A stretch of DNA of 64,000 bases, taken from contig CM082589.2 of NCBI GenBank assembly GCA_040954595.2, forward strand, positions 10,986,894-11,050,893, read 5' to 3'. Origin of the DNA: Balanoglossus misakiensis (lineage: Eukaryota > Animalia > Hemichordata). Shown here in pieces: positions 13,440-25,039 of the stretch. Below the pieces are notes generated by a model. That model ran no database searches. It worked only from the letters and a program-made list of their open reading frames with translations, and was not told the origin of the DNA. A program made the translations under genes and the position numbers. Position 1 is the first letter of the stretch. Each line of letters starts with the position of its first letter.

Positions 13440-15070
13440 GTGTGAGTACATAATGAAAATGCCAGGATGTAAGGTCATACAGGGGTCAAGATTCAAGCCG
13501 TATCAGGTTCTTCAGGAGGGAAATGCGGTGTCAGTGAATACTGTGTGTGTATTTGTCCGTGTGTGTGTCTGTAAGAATGCTATATATGAATGCATACATG
13601 TATGCTTGTCATTGTACTTGGACTTGATATTGCTAACTGTTGGAAATTGTTTTGTGAGGAAATTTCATTCAGATTTGTCTGAATACATTGCAACGTAAAT
13701 GGGAAAATGTCGGGTCATACAGGGTCAGGTCTGAAGCCTTATTTGGTTGTACACAGTGGATGTTGGGGTGTGCATGTATTTGTGTATGTCTGTGCAAATT
13801 CATACATGTATGCCTATCATTGTACTTGGACTTGATGTTGCTTACTGGTGGAAATTGTTTTGTAAGGAAATTCCATTCACATTTGTCTCAGTACAATGCA
13901 ATGTAAATGACAAAATGTCGGGTCATAAAAGGTCAGGTCTGAAGCCCTATTTAGTTGTACACAGTGGATGTTGGGGTGTGCATGTATTTGTGTATGTCTG
14001 TGCAAATTCATACATGTATGCCTATCATTGTACTTGGACTTGATGTTGCTTACTGGTGGAAATTGTTTTGTAAGGAAATTCCATTCACATTTGTCTCAGT
14101 ACAATGCAATGTAAATGACAAAATGTCGGGTCATAAAAGGTCAGGTCTGAAGCCCTATTTAATTGTACACAGTGGATGTTGGGGTGTGCATGTATTTGTG
14201 TATGTCTGTGCAAATTCATACATGTATGCCTATCATTGTACTTGGACTTGATGTTGCTAACTGGTGGAAATTGTTTTGTAAGGAAATTCCATTCACATTT
14301 GTCTCAGTACAATGCAATGTAAAGGACAAAATGTCGGGTCATAAAAGGTCAGGTCTGAAGCCCTATTTAGTTGTACACAGTGGATGTTGGGGTGTGCATG
14401 TTTTTTGTGTATGTCTGTGCAAATTCATACATGTATGCCTATCATTGTACTTGGACTTGATATTGCTAACTGCTGGAAGTGATTTTGTAAGGAAAATTCA
14501 TTCACATTTGTCTGAGTACGTTGCAACGTAAATGAGAAAATGTCGGGTCATACAGGGTCGGGTCTGAAGCCTTATTTGGTTGTACACAGTGGATGTTGGG
14601 GTGTGCGTGTATTTGTTTATATCTGTGCAAATTCATACATGTATGCCTATCACTGTACTTGGACTTGATATTGCTAACTGGTGGGAATGATTTTGAAGTG
14701 AAATTTTATTCAGATTGGGCTGAGTTCATTGCAACGTAAATGACAAAATGTCGGGTCATACAGGGTCAGGTCTGAAGCCGTATCTGGTTCTTCAGTGGGT
14801 AAATGCTGTGTCCGCGAATACTGTGTGTATTGATCTTTGTATATGTGTGTGTATGTCTGTCTGTCTATATTAATGCATAACTGTATGCATGTCATTGTAC
14901 TGGTACTTGTTATTGCTAATTAGTGGAAATGGTTTTTAAAGAGAATTTAACTCAGATTTGCCTGAGCACATTGTCATGGGAATGCCAGAATGTAAGGTCA
15001 TACAGGGGTCAGGGTTGAAGCCTAATCGTGTTTTCCAGCTGAAAAAAGTGTGTCTGTGAATACTGTGTGT
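13440..15070. repeat. 208-bp tandem repeat upstream of the RepHel ORF (~5 good copies plus degenerate flanks)
   Basis: Near-identical short ORFs start at 13747, 13955 and 14163 (period 208); recurring AATGTCGGGTCATA..GGTCTGAAGCC. Confidence 0.9.
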
Positions 15071-15277
15071 ATATGTATACAGGCATGCAGATTTGTGTCC
15101 ATTATGTGTAGTCGCTGTTGAGACATCGTTTCTGTAAATCACTTCTGTCTGTAAAAGTTCCAATATTTTTTACTGGTTATAATCACTAGTGATGTGATTT
15201 GATGTGAAGGTAATCTGAAATCTGGTGTTCAATGGATAATAACAACCTAATCAGAGAGTATATTTGGTTTGTTCCAG

Positions 15278-18200
15278 ATGCCACGCAGTAGATACTGGAG
15301 GAAGAAGAGGAGTCAGAAGAAAGAAGATCCTGTTCTGTCTCAGAACAGGAGTGATGGAGAGGAGCCTGTCCTCTTAAAAAACAGGAATACAGAGATAGTA
15401 ACAGAGGAGTCTGTCCTCTTAAAAAACAGGAATACGGAGATTGTAACAGAGGAGTCTGTCCTCTTAAAAAACAGGAATACGGAGATTGTAACAGAGGAGC
15501 CTGTCCTCTTGAAAAACAGGAATACGGAGATTGTAACAGAGGAGTCTGTCCTCTTGAAAAACAGGAATACGGAGATTGATATAATCAGAAATAGTGACAG
15601 TTTGAGAGCAAATAAAGGAACAAAAGTGAACAATGGCATATTTGAGGAAAATGATTCATCTGATGACCTGTATATTAGCAGTGGAACAGGGGGCAGCGTA
15701 TATTCATTCTCCCCACTAACTTCTGATGTATGTGAACAGCTGTGTTGCAAATTTGATATTGTAGATAAAAATAATATTGATATTTTCAATAAACTTGGAA
15801 GTGTTACGATTGGAGAACCATGCAAGTACAGGTCAATAATTGGTGATGGGAACTGTTATTTTAGGTCCTTGTCATATTGTATAAGTGGGACTGAGCGAAA
15901 TCACGGAGTTATTCGAACGGCCATTGTGAATCACTTGAAAGCCAATGAGGAAGTATATTCAGGATGGGTAAGGTTAGATGGATATACATCAGTTGATGAT
16001 TATATTGCAAAGTCCAGAATGGATTGTCTAGGAACATGGGCTACAGAAACTGAAATCCTTGCCACTACTAATCTCTTCAATCTGAATATTTTTGTGTACA
16101 GTTTCGATAGTTGGTGGAAACATTCATGTAATATAATCAATAAAAACAATGTTGATAGAGGTGTTGGTATATACCTGAACCATCGCAATAGAAACCATTA
16201 TGAAGTAGTTAAGTGTGTGAAGACATCACATTTGGAAACTTGTCACTGTACACACATTGATTGCAATGAAGTTGTCCCTGTTGAGATTGTGACTGGCGAG
16301 TGCATGGATGTGACAGACGATGGGAACTTGACACATAATGGTTTGAAAAAAGAATTCCATTTAGATGAAGTATTTGCAACGCATGATGAACTTCAGTGTC
16401 TTGCACCAGTAAGAGGTAAGAAACGTGGAAGAGCCATGAGTGAACGGCTGAAAAAGAACCTCAGACGTAAAGAGTATGAAAGTGAAAAAACTAAATTAAA
16501 TGAATTAAATGTATCCAATTGTGTGAAGAGATCTAAAGCAGTTAAACAATATGAACGTTATCAGACTGATTCTGAATATAGAAGCAACATAAAATTGGAT
16601 AGTAGAAAGAGGTACCGTGAAGATGTACTATATAGAGAAGAGAAAAAACGTAGACTGACCGGACGATACAATTGTGATTTAGTATTTCGTGAAGCACAGA
16701 AAACTCTTTGTTCAGAACAGTGTGTGGCAAAATATGAAAAAGTTCCACTATACAGAGAACAAAAGAAGAGTCAGAGTGCAGCACAATGTGTTGACAAGTA
16801 CAAAAAAGATGAGAAGTTCCGAGAGCACAAGAAGAGTCAGAATGCTGCACAATGTCTTGATAAATACAAAAAAGATGAGAAGTTCCGAGAACGCAAGAAG
16901 AGTCAGAGTGCAGCACAATGTGTTGATAAGTATCGGAAAGATAAGCAGTTTCAAAGACGTCAGAGAAAGCGATGTTTAGAACGGTACCAGCAGGATCAGC
17001 ATTACAAAGAGATTGTATTAGAGAGAAGTCGTATTGAGGGGAAAGTGAAGAATATGAAAAAGCAAAATATAGAAGATGTTATAATTGATTTTAGGAATCA
17101 TACTTCAGTTGGGCCAAATTGTGTATGTTCAGTTTGTCACCGGCGACTTTTTCGAAAGCAGGTCCTTGTTTGTAACATGGATAAATATGTGTCCAGAAAT
17201 GCGTTTTGTGAAATGAATGCGAAGAAATGCATAACAGAAGATTATGTACACAACTGCAGTAAATTATGTATTGTTGATTGTCCCCTCAAGAGCAGTGCCG
17301 CCAGTAAATTATGGATTTGTCACACATGCCATAGCAAACTCTTGCGTGCAGAGATGCCTGTTCAAGCTGCTGCAAACAATCTTGATGTCAAACCAATACC
17401 TAATGAATTAAAATGCCTGAATTCGTTAGAGCAACATTTAATTGCACTGCATATTCCTTTCATGAAAATGATGGCGCTACCAAGAGGTGGACAAAATGGT
17501 GTTCATGGACCTGTTGTTTGTGTTCCATCTAATATAGAAAAAGCCACAAGTATTTTGCCTAGAGGTGAATTGGATGACCAGATGATAAAGGTGAAATTAA
17601 AGCGGAAATTAAGTTACAAAGGTTGTTATCAGTATCAATTTGTAAACAAAGGACACATACAAAATGCACTGGAATACCTACAGAAAAATAACAAGTGGTA
17701 TAGTGATGTGAAATTCAATCTCACTTGGGAAAATACTCTTGAAAAGACTGAAGAAAACATTGATGCTGAAGGTAATGAAAACACTGTGGAAAAAACTTCA
17801 GATACTGAACGCAATGATGTAGCATCAGACACAGAAGGTGGAAACGAGCCTGAAAAAGATACTGATGGAATATTCATGGACACATGCTTTCAACCAGTTG
17901 ACATTGGTCAGGATATTCTGGATTATCACTTTGACGATATCGCTTGTGTTGCTCCTGGTGAGGATAATAAACCTGTTAGAGTGTTGATGGAAAAGTTCAA
18001 TGAGGCAAAGTGCTTTCCTGTGATTTTCCCAACGGGGTCACCAACATTTTACGATGATCGAGAGGTTAAGATAACAATAGGACGATATTTGCAAAGTCGT
18101 CTAATGAATGCAAGCAACAGGTTTGCAAAAAGCACAGACTATATATTTTATGCACAATACCGTTCAGAACTTGACCAGGTTGTATCAAATGTGTCAATTG

Positions 18201-21200
18201 CTTTGAGAAAAGGCACTGCCAATGCTTGTGGCAAAAAGGTGACATCTGATGTTCTGACTGATGGGGATTCATTGAGAGAGATATTGAAGTGTGATGAAGG
18301 CTACAAGTTTTTAAAACCAGTACGAGGGACTCCCCCTTATTGGCAAGCTGCACAGAAAGATATTTTTGCAATGATCAGACAGTTAGGTATACCAACATGG
18401 TTCTGCTCATTTTCTGCTGCTGATTTACGATGGAGAGAAGTACTTGAAACTATCCTACGTGAAGAAGGTGATACACGTAATGCTGAGGATCTCGACTGGT
18501 CTGAGAAATGTGGCATCTTGAGACGAAACCCTGTAACCGCAGCAAGAATGTTTGATCATAGATTTCACTGTTTCTTGACTGAGGTAATTATGTCACCAGC
18601 TAGTCCTATTGGGAAGATCAAAGATTATTTTTATCGAGTTGAGTTTCAACAGCGTGGATCACCACACACTCACTGTTTGTTTTGGGTTGAAAATGCCCCC
18701 AAAGTGGACAAAGATTCTGATGATGATGTAGTTGACTTTGTTGACACATATGTAACATGTGAAATGCCTTCTATTGAAGAGGATGAGGTACTGCATGAGA
18801 TTGTGAAAACCGTCCAGAAACACAGTTCAAGACATTCAAAATCTTGCAAGAAAAAGGGTACTACATGCAGATTCAACTTCCCCCGACCTCCTTCAAACAA
18901 AACATTTGTATGCCACCCTTCTGTCAGCATAGATACCGGTACAGAGATGACCAATGATGAGGAGTGTAAGAATGCTAAAGTCACAACACCAGTGGAAAAT
19001 GAATTTAAAAGTGATTTGCCTCATGTAGATGATACAGCATTGGGTGAGAAAAGGGCTAGACACATTTTAGAACGAGTGTGGACATGCCTGTGTGACAAAG
19101 AGCAACAAATTGATACTATTGATGAATTGTTTAATGCAGTCGGCATATCTCAAGAGATGTTTGAACAAGCAAATGCAATTTTGGCCAAGAAAACAAGTGT
19201 AGTTCTAAAACGTGAGCCAAATGATGTTTGGGTAAACCAATATAATGCCAACCTTCTCCGTTGCTGGAATGCAAATATGGACATTCAGTTTGTTGTGGAT
19301 GCATATGCCTGTGTTGTGTACATTGTGTCATACATCTCTAAGGCAGAAAGAGAAATGGGTTTACTCTTGGAACATGCACAGAAAGAGGCTAACAAAGAAG
19401 GAAATATGGATGCAAAGTCTGCCATGAAAGAGTTAGGTGGTGTATATCTGCACAACAGGGAAATAAGTGCCCAGGAAGCTGTGTATAGGGTATGTGGTTT
19501 GAAACTGAAACAATCATCACGAAAAGTTCAGTTTATTCCAACAGGAGAAAATCAAATCAAAATGAGTTTGCCATTAGCTATAATACAGAAGAAAATGAAA
19601 GGTGTTGATTTAGATGAGGATGAGATCTGGATGAATAGCATTGTAGACAGGTACAAGAACAGACCAAATGGGGAAGATTTCGACAACATGTGTCTCGCCA
19701 CATTTTGTTCTGAATACAGAGTGGTTTCAAAATCAGAAATGAAAAATGTGAGTAATGACAAACGGCACAGTCCAATAGTGAAGTTGAAAAACAATGTCGG
19801 TTACATGCAGAAACGATCTAGAAGTGATGGGGCTGTTGTTAGATATGCTAGATTTTCTGTTACCAAATGTCCAGAAAAGCACTATGGCAGTATATTACAA
19901 CTGTTTCTCCCATACCGAACTGAATCACAACTGAAACCTAGTGGATTTGAATCGTATGAGGATTTTTATTGTCTTGGTGCAGTGAAATGTGGCTCTGCTT
20001 CTTTAGAAAAGGTTAAAGTGATCGTAGATACCAATAAAGCATTATATGAAACAGAGGCTGATGCTATTGATGCAGCTGGACAATTTCTTGATGAGAATGG
20101 TCATCTTGAAGATGCATGGGCTCAAATATGTCCAGAAAATGAATTGGAACGATTGGAATGCATTGAAGAAGGTAAAAAGTGTTGTGGTGATGATCAGGTT
20201 GATGACAGTGATATTCCGGACTTGGTAAAAAAACCTAAAGGTGATGATTGCCATGTAGAACTTTCAAATTCAATGAAGAAATATGAGGTTGAAACAATGT
20301 GTAGATCGTTGAACAAGAAACAAGCAGAAGTGTTTTACAGCATCAGGAAGTGGTGTTTGGACAAAAGCAATGGCAAGAATCCAGAACCCTTTTATCTGTT
20401 TGTCACTGGTGGTGCTGGTACTGGGAAAAGTCACTTAATCAAAACCATATATCATGAAGCCAAACGAATTCTAGCTCGTGCAATGCCAGACATTGATGGA
20501 ATTTCTATTGCTTTAACTGCACCGACAGGAGTCGCAGCATTTAATATACAAGGAACAACTCTCCATCATATATTCTCCATAGCTGTTGACTCAAAGCTAC
20601 CATATCAGCCACTGCGTGAGGAAAAGCTCAATACTCTTCGTTGCAAGTTTGGTAACCTTCAAATTTTGATAATAGATGAGATTTCTATGGTAGACAAAAA
20701 GTTATTGTACTATGTTCATGGAAGACTGCGACAAATCAAACAGTCATCAACTCAATCACCATTTGGAAATGTTTGTGTCATTGCTGTGGGTGACTTTTAT
20801 CAACTTCCACCTGTGAAAGGAAGTCCACTGTGTGTAGACATTGAATCAACCAATCTGTGGAAAGATAATTTCAGTATCATAGAACTAACAGAAATAATGA
20901 GACAGAAGGACTGTGCATTTGCAGAGGCGCTAAATCGGGTAAGAGTTCATAAAAAAGGAGACACACTAAATCCTGGTGATGTGGCAATGTTTCAAAAGTG
21001 TGTTACTGGTGAAACATCTGAGGCAATGCATGTTTTTGCTACAAATGCAGAGGTTAATAGCTGTAATGTTGAAATGCTTCATTCTGATTGTTCTGATCCT
21101 ATGTGTATTGAAGCAGAGGATTTTAGTCGGAATCCAAAAACTGGAAGATTAGAAAAAAAGGTAGATCATCATGTCAAAGTGTACAGGACGACGTTGCCAA

Positions 21201-22384
21201 AGACTCTTACTCTAGCTGTTGGTGCACGAGTACAACTGACACATAATATTGATGTGGCTGATGGTTTGGTGAATGGCGTATTTGGCACAGTATGTCACAT
21301 TGCAGTAAAACCCACTGAAAAATTCCCAGCTGCCATTTATGTTGTATTTGATAATGAGAAAGTTGGCCAAGGATTGCGTAAAAAGAAGTTTACATCTGAC
21401 CTTCCAGTAAACAGTACCCCTATAGAACCCCAGGAAATGTCTGTTGCAAGAAATGGTGGTATTAGGAAGCAGTTTCCTTTAAAACTAGCTTGGGCATGTA
21501 CAGTGCATAAGGTACAGGGATTGACAGTTGATAAAGCTGTTGTTAGTTTAAAGAAGATGTTTGCACCAGGACAGGCATATGTGGCATTGAGTCGGGTGAC
21601 ATCATTAGATGGTCTCATTATTAATGACTTTAACAAATCATCCATATATTGCAATGAAAAAGTACAAGAAGCACTGGAAACAATGCCAAAGTTTCTTCCC
21701 AAGTGTACTCAGACAGAACAGAGTAATTACAAGTGCTCATTTGTATTGCATAATGTTGAGGGACTTGTCAATCATATTAAAGATATTTGCAATGACAGTG
21801 AATTCTTGGAAGCAGACTTCATTTGTTTGACGGAGACATGGTTATCTGAAAAAGGAACACAATGTAATTTGCAATTGAGCGGATTCAAATTCAATCACCA
21901 ACCTCGATCTCAATCCTACAATCAATTTGATACAAATACATCAAGTCTACAGTTGCAACAGCGGGGTGGTGTTGGAGTCTATAGCAAACTATGTACTGAT
22001 TTTGAAATTTTGCATTTGGCTGTGTGTAATTTGGAATGTATTTCATTTTATGTCACTAAAATCAATGTTACAGTAGCTGTAGTTTACAGACCACCATCAT
22101 ACAAAGCAGAGGTATTCAAAAGTAGTTTGGTTTGTTTGGTGAAAGCAATGGAAAAATACCCAGGAGGCAAACTGATCATCGGTGATTTCAATGAAGATAT
22201 CTTTACCCGGTCATCACTTGTAAAGTTCATGGAAAATCATGGTTTCAGACAAACTGTAAGCGAACCAACTACAGAAGCTAATACATTGATTGATCATGTG
22301 TATGTGAAAGGAATAGAAAATGTCTTAGTAAATGTTGTACCAAAATACTTCAGCTTTCATGAAGCAATAAGCATCAAAATATAA
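15278..22384 (+). CDS. Helentron transposase: OTU-like cysteine protease, Zn-finger region, HUH Rep, PIF1-like SF1 helicase, AP-like endonuclease (~2368 aa from ATG at 15278)
   Basis: OTU: GDGNCYFRSLS..LGTWAT..NHYE. Cys clusters CSVCHRRLF and WICHTCH. Rep: FCSFSAAD, VEFQQRGSPHTH, YIVSYISKAE. Helicase: GGAGTGKS, IIDEISM, GDFYQLPPV, QFPLKLAWACTVHKVQGLT, GQAYVALSRV. Endonuclease: LHNVEGL, CLTETWL, GGVGVY, VYRPP, GDFNED, TLIDHVY, FSFH. The ATG directly follows the acceptor-like TTTGTTCCAG. Confidence 0.95.
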   Translation: MPRSRYWRKKRSQKKEDPVLSQNRSDGEEPVLLKNRNTEIVTEESVLLKNRNTEIVTEESVLLKNRNTEIVTEEPVLLKNRNTEIVTEESVLLKNRNTEIDIIRNSDSLRANKGTKVNNGIFEENDSSDDLYISSGTGGSVYSFSPLTSDVCEQLCCKFDIVDKNNIDIFNKLGSVTIGEPCKYRSIIGDGNCYFRSLSYCISGTERNHGVIRTAIVNHLKANEEVYSGWVRLDGYTSVDDYIAKSRMDCLGTWATETEILATTNLFNLNIFVYSFDSWWKHSCNIINKNNVDRGVGIYLNHRNRNHYEVVKCVKTSHLETCHCTHIDCNEVVPVEIVTGECMDVTDDGNLTHNGLKKEFHLDEVFATHDELQCLAPVRGKKRGRAMSERLKKNLRRKEYESEKTKLNELNVSNCVKRSKAVKQYERYQTDSEYRSNIKLDSRKRYREDVLYREEKKRRLTGRYNCDLVFREAQKTLCSEQCVAKYEKVPLYREQKKSQSAAQCVDKYKKDEKFREHKKSQNAAQCLDKYKKDEKFRERKKSQSAAQCVDKYRKDKQFQRRQRKRCLERYQQDQHYKEIVLERSRIEGKVKNMKKQNIEDVIIDFRNHTSVGPNCVCSVCHRRLFRKQVLVCNMDKYVSRNAFCEMNAKKCITEDYVHNCSKLCIVDCPLKSSAASKLWICHTCHSKLLRAEMPVQAAANNLDVKPIPNELKCLNSLEQHLIALHIPFMKMMALPRGGQNGVHGPVVCVPSNIEKATSILPRGELDDQMIKVKLKRKLSYKGCYQYQFVNKGHIQNALEYLQKNNKWYSDVKFNLTWENTLEKTEENIDAEGNENTVEKTSDTERNDVASDTEGGNEPEKDTDGIFMDTCFQPVDIGQDILDYHFDDIACVAPGEDNKPVRVLMEKFNEAKCFPVIFPTGSPTFYDDREVKITIGRYLQSRLMNASNRFAKSTDYIFYAQYRSELDQVVSNVSIALRKGTANACGKKVTSDVLTDGDSLREILKCDEGYKFLKPVRGTPPYWQAAQKDIFAMIRQLGIPTWFCSFSAADLRWREVLETILREEGDTRNAEDLDWSEKCGILRRNPVTAARMFDHRFHCFLTEVIMSPASPIGKIKDYFYRVEFQQRGSPHTHCLFWVENAPKVDKDSDDDVVDFVDTYVTCEMPSIEEDEVLHEIVKTVQKHSSRHSKSCKKKGTTCRFNFPRPPSNKTFVCHPSVSIDTGTEMTNDEECKNAKVTTPVENEFKSDLPHVDDTALGEKRARHILERVWTCLCDKEQQIDTIDELFNAVGISQEMFEQANAILAKKTSVVLKREPNDVWVNQYNANLLRCWNANMDIQFVVDAYACVVYIVSYISKAEREMGLLLEHAQKEANKEGNMDAKSAMKELGGVYLHNREISAQEAVYRVCGLKLKQSSRKVQFIPTGENQIKMSLPLAIIQKKMKGVDLDEDEIWMNSIVDRYKNRPNGEDFDNMCLATFCSEYRVVSKSEMKNVSNDKRHSPIVKLKNNVGYMQKRSRSDGAVVRYARFSVTKCPEKHYGSILQLFLPYRTESQLKPSGFESYEDFYCLGAVKCGSASLEKVKVIVDTNKALYETEADAIDAAGQFLDENGHLEDAWAQICPENELERLECIEEGKKCCGDDQVDDSDIPDLVKKPKGDDCHVELSNSMKKYEVETMCRSLNKKQAEVFYSIRKWCLDKSNGKNPEPFYLFVTGGAGTGKSHLIKTIYHEAKRILARAMPDIDGISIALTAPTGVAAFNIQGTTLHHIFSIAVDSKLPYQPLREEKLNTLRCKFGNLQILIIDEISMVDKKLLYYVHGRLRQIKQSSTQSPFGNVCVIAVGDFYQLPPVKGSPLCVDIESTNLWKDNFSIIELTEIMRQKDCAFAEALNRVRVHKKGDTLNPGDVAMFQKCVTGETSEAMHVFATNAEVNSCNVEMLHSDCSDPMCIEAEDFSRNPKTGRLEKKVDHHVKVYRTTLPKTLTLAVGARVQLTHNIDVADGLVNGVFGTVCHIAVKPTEKFPAAIYVVFDNEKVGQGLRKKKFTSDLPVNSTPIEPQEMSVARNGGIRKQFPLKLAWACTVHKVQGLTVDKAVVSLKKMFAPGQAYVALSRVTSLDGLIINDFNKSSIYCNEKVQEALETMPKFLPKCTQTEQSNYKCSFVLHNVEGLVNHIKDICNDSEFLEADFICLTETWLSEKGTQCNLQLSGFKFNHQPRSQSYNQFDTNTSSLQLQQRGGVGVYSKLCTDFEILHLAVCNLECISFYVTKINVTVAVVYRPPSYKAEVFKSSLVCLVKAMEKYPGGKLIIGDFNEDIFTRSSLVKFMENHGFRQTVSEPTTEANTLIDHVYVKGIENVLVNVVPKYFSFHEAISIKI
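15359..15577 (+). repeat. Coding 45-bp minisatellite, ~5 copies (EE[SP]VLLKNRNTEIVT)
   Basis: GAGGAG(C/T)CTGTCCTCTT(A/G)AAAAACAGGAATAC repeats every 45 nt, in frame. Confidence 0.95.
16688..16955 (+). repeat. Coding 66-bp repeat (22 aa, RExKKSQSAAQCVDKYKKDEKF), ~4 copies
   Basis: Visible directly in the translation and in the DNA. Confidence 0.85.
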
Positions 22385-22460
22385 AAATTGACATTTGTAG
22401 GATAAACCTCATTCAGGTACATGATTCAATAATGGCCTTTGTTACGGAAAAGTTGAGTGA

Positions 22461-22636
22461 TGGTACCAGACCTTGTTGCTTCACCAAGGCAAAGTGTGTG
22501 CTTCTGGTGGTACGACATGACCGGGCAAGTGATCTGATTTGGCGGGCGACTTGTACTTGTCGCTGCGCTCCTTGCCTGGTCATACTGCCAGAAGCACACT
22601 AGGGTGCACAGCAATGAGGTCTGGGAGTGAGACTAG
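22461..22636. mobile_element. Possible small degenerate MITE-like insert
   Basis: GC-richer patch bounded by CCAGACC and GGTCTGG(GAGTGAGACTAG); only a short inverted match. Confidence 0.25.
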
Positions 22637-23476
22637 ATAAAAGCAAAACTACCAAGCAAGAGGTTAAATGTTCTTATACTGGCTCCTATGGTAAATCAAT
22701 GTTCAATTCAAATACTTTATGGTCAACAACAGGTCTGAAAATGGTCTACAGGCTGATTAGTCAGAAATAAATTCAGGATTTTACATTTTGTTAACAATGT
22801 ATACATACACACAAAAAGAGAACATGATGAAAATCACATCTAGCATTGGATAGAACTAAGGAAGAATGCAACTTGAATTTAAAATAGATACCGGTCTTGG
22901 GAAAAATGTTTTTCTAAGCAATTGTTTCCTGGTAAATCAAATTCTGTCCATGATTGGAGTTTGAGAATAAATTTTGAAGTGGGTGTTCTGGACCTGTAAA
23001 AATATTATGTGCATATCGTTAAACTGCGTTATCGTACTTATATGCCAGAGAATTATGACAGCAGCCAATAACTTTCCCTGCAATACTCATAATATGAGAA
23101 AGCTGAAATCAACATTTCACATAACATGTATTTACCAAACTGCAAAATAATAATAGCCATCAGAATGCTTTCGATAAGGTAATAGTAAGGTAACAATACA
23201 CCAACTGCAAAAATTCGAAACGAAATAAGACGGAAAACATGAAGTGACTTATACAGGTTATCAATAGGAGATCCTAAATACGGAAAACGTGACGTGACTT
23301 ATACAGATTTTAATTATTGTGAAAGGTGGTGGGAAATCATAAATAAAGTTGTGATGAACGCCCTTATAGTAGTGTCATTATTTCTAATTTGCTTCCGTTA
23401 CATTATATCTATGGATATATTTATCGATGCATGCATGCATGCATGCATACCGGTATATACCTGTATGTATATACGG

Positions 23477-23550
23477 TATGTATGTATGTATGTATGTATG
23501 TATGTATGTATGTATGTATGTATGTATGTATGTATGTATGTATGTATGTA
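23477..23550. repeat. (TATG)n microsatellite
   Basis: About 18 perfect units. Confidence 0.95.
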
Positions 23551-25039
23551 CCTATTGGTATTTTAAAAATATATAATTATGTAAAATCTATGTAAAATAG
23601 GTCAAGTACTTTTAGGGCAGTTTAGATTATTTTGTTCAAAAGATTTTTTTTTTCTCCCAAAGTGTTACTATTGGTTTGCTGGCCAAATAGGATGTATTTA
23701 CAATATAATATTACTGTATCATAGGCTATTAATTTGGTATTGTATGAACATTTCTCTGCTGTTTCAATATGCAGGCTCAGCATAGACTTCATCATTCCTT
23801 TAAGTTTGCATTTAATTTTTGTCAAAGATACATAAGATACTGTCTTTTGAACATGTTATTATTATTATGAATTTTTAGTCAAGATATTTATCCTCAACAA
23901 GAAATGAATAGACAAGTTTTAAACGTGTCTTGGACATTTTGAGTGAAGATGGATATTATCATTATAAAATTAACAGTAATCTTTGAAAATGTCAAATTTA
24001 TTATCAAACATGGCTGTGATCACCAACAGTTTTAGAACAGTTAGTATAAATTTTGAGTCAATATACTGTATGTTTGAAATGGTAATTTTTATTCTCAAAG
24101 AAGATTATGTCTGTTGAGTATTTTATGTCAACATAGTTGCTTTTGTTAGAACATCACTAAAATTTCTTGTCAAACATGCTTTTGTCTATTGAATATATCA
24201 TGACAGATATTTATTTTGAGTCAAGACTTTTGCGTCTATTAGAACACATTCAAATATTTGGTGTTGAAAATTGTACACTTCATATAAATGTTAACTTCAA
24301 ATGTACAATGAAGAATCAAAGATTATGTTACCGTACAAAGATGGAACTATTATCATGATTTAATTGGCATTCATGATTTAATCCTATGAATGGTATTTCA
24401 ATCCAACGTAAATATTTACAGTTGACAGGAATACAGCAATGTATTTTTATGTTCGGCTTATGGTGAAAAAGCCTTATTATCATGCTAGTGTGTTTTCACA
24501 TCTGTACTGAATAGTGCATCGAGGGCTAGCATCAGATGTATATAGAGTGTGGAAACCGTGTATTTTAACAATGGGATGTACACTGCATCATCGGCTCTGT
24601 GGACTTTCAACCAAACAAAACCTCATCCACATGTGACAAAATTAACTTGATCACTATCACAAGATTGTGTGTCTGAGACCATAACTGACTATTACAGGAT
24701 GATGAGTGTGACACATGGACATGGGCCACAATGATGTGCTCTTCACCAAGCTCAACCATTTCCCATGAATGTTAGGAATGACATTCTGTTACTGGACTAT
24801 TTCTGTTATAGGATGAATAGATTAGAATAATGTTGTCTTCATCCTCCATGGGAATTGTTTTATAACCTATCGTGTTATCAACATAAATAGAAATTTGAGA
24901 AATATTTACACATAGAAATAACTATTATTTATACATGTTGTTATGTAACTTAATTATGTGTGGACCTTGCGTTAGCAATTGTTATTTATTGAAGCCAACA
25001 GTAGTCAGCACGCAATATAGTCTTGTAAAAGATTCTAAG

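Noticed and set aside
13438-14531. Cys-rich ORFs in the 208-bp repeat
   Set aside because: The period is not a multiple of 3 and the composition simply reflects TG-rich DNA.
15269-15277. TTG start given by the ORF track
   Set aside because: In a eukaryote the ATG at 15278 after an acceptor-like CAG is the more plausible start.
15278-22384. Host PIF1 gene or viral replication gene
   Set aside because: Fusion to HUH Rep and AP endonuclease plus the element termini identify it as a Helentron transposase; no capsid or other viral genes are seen.
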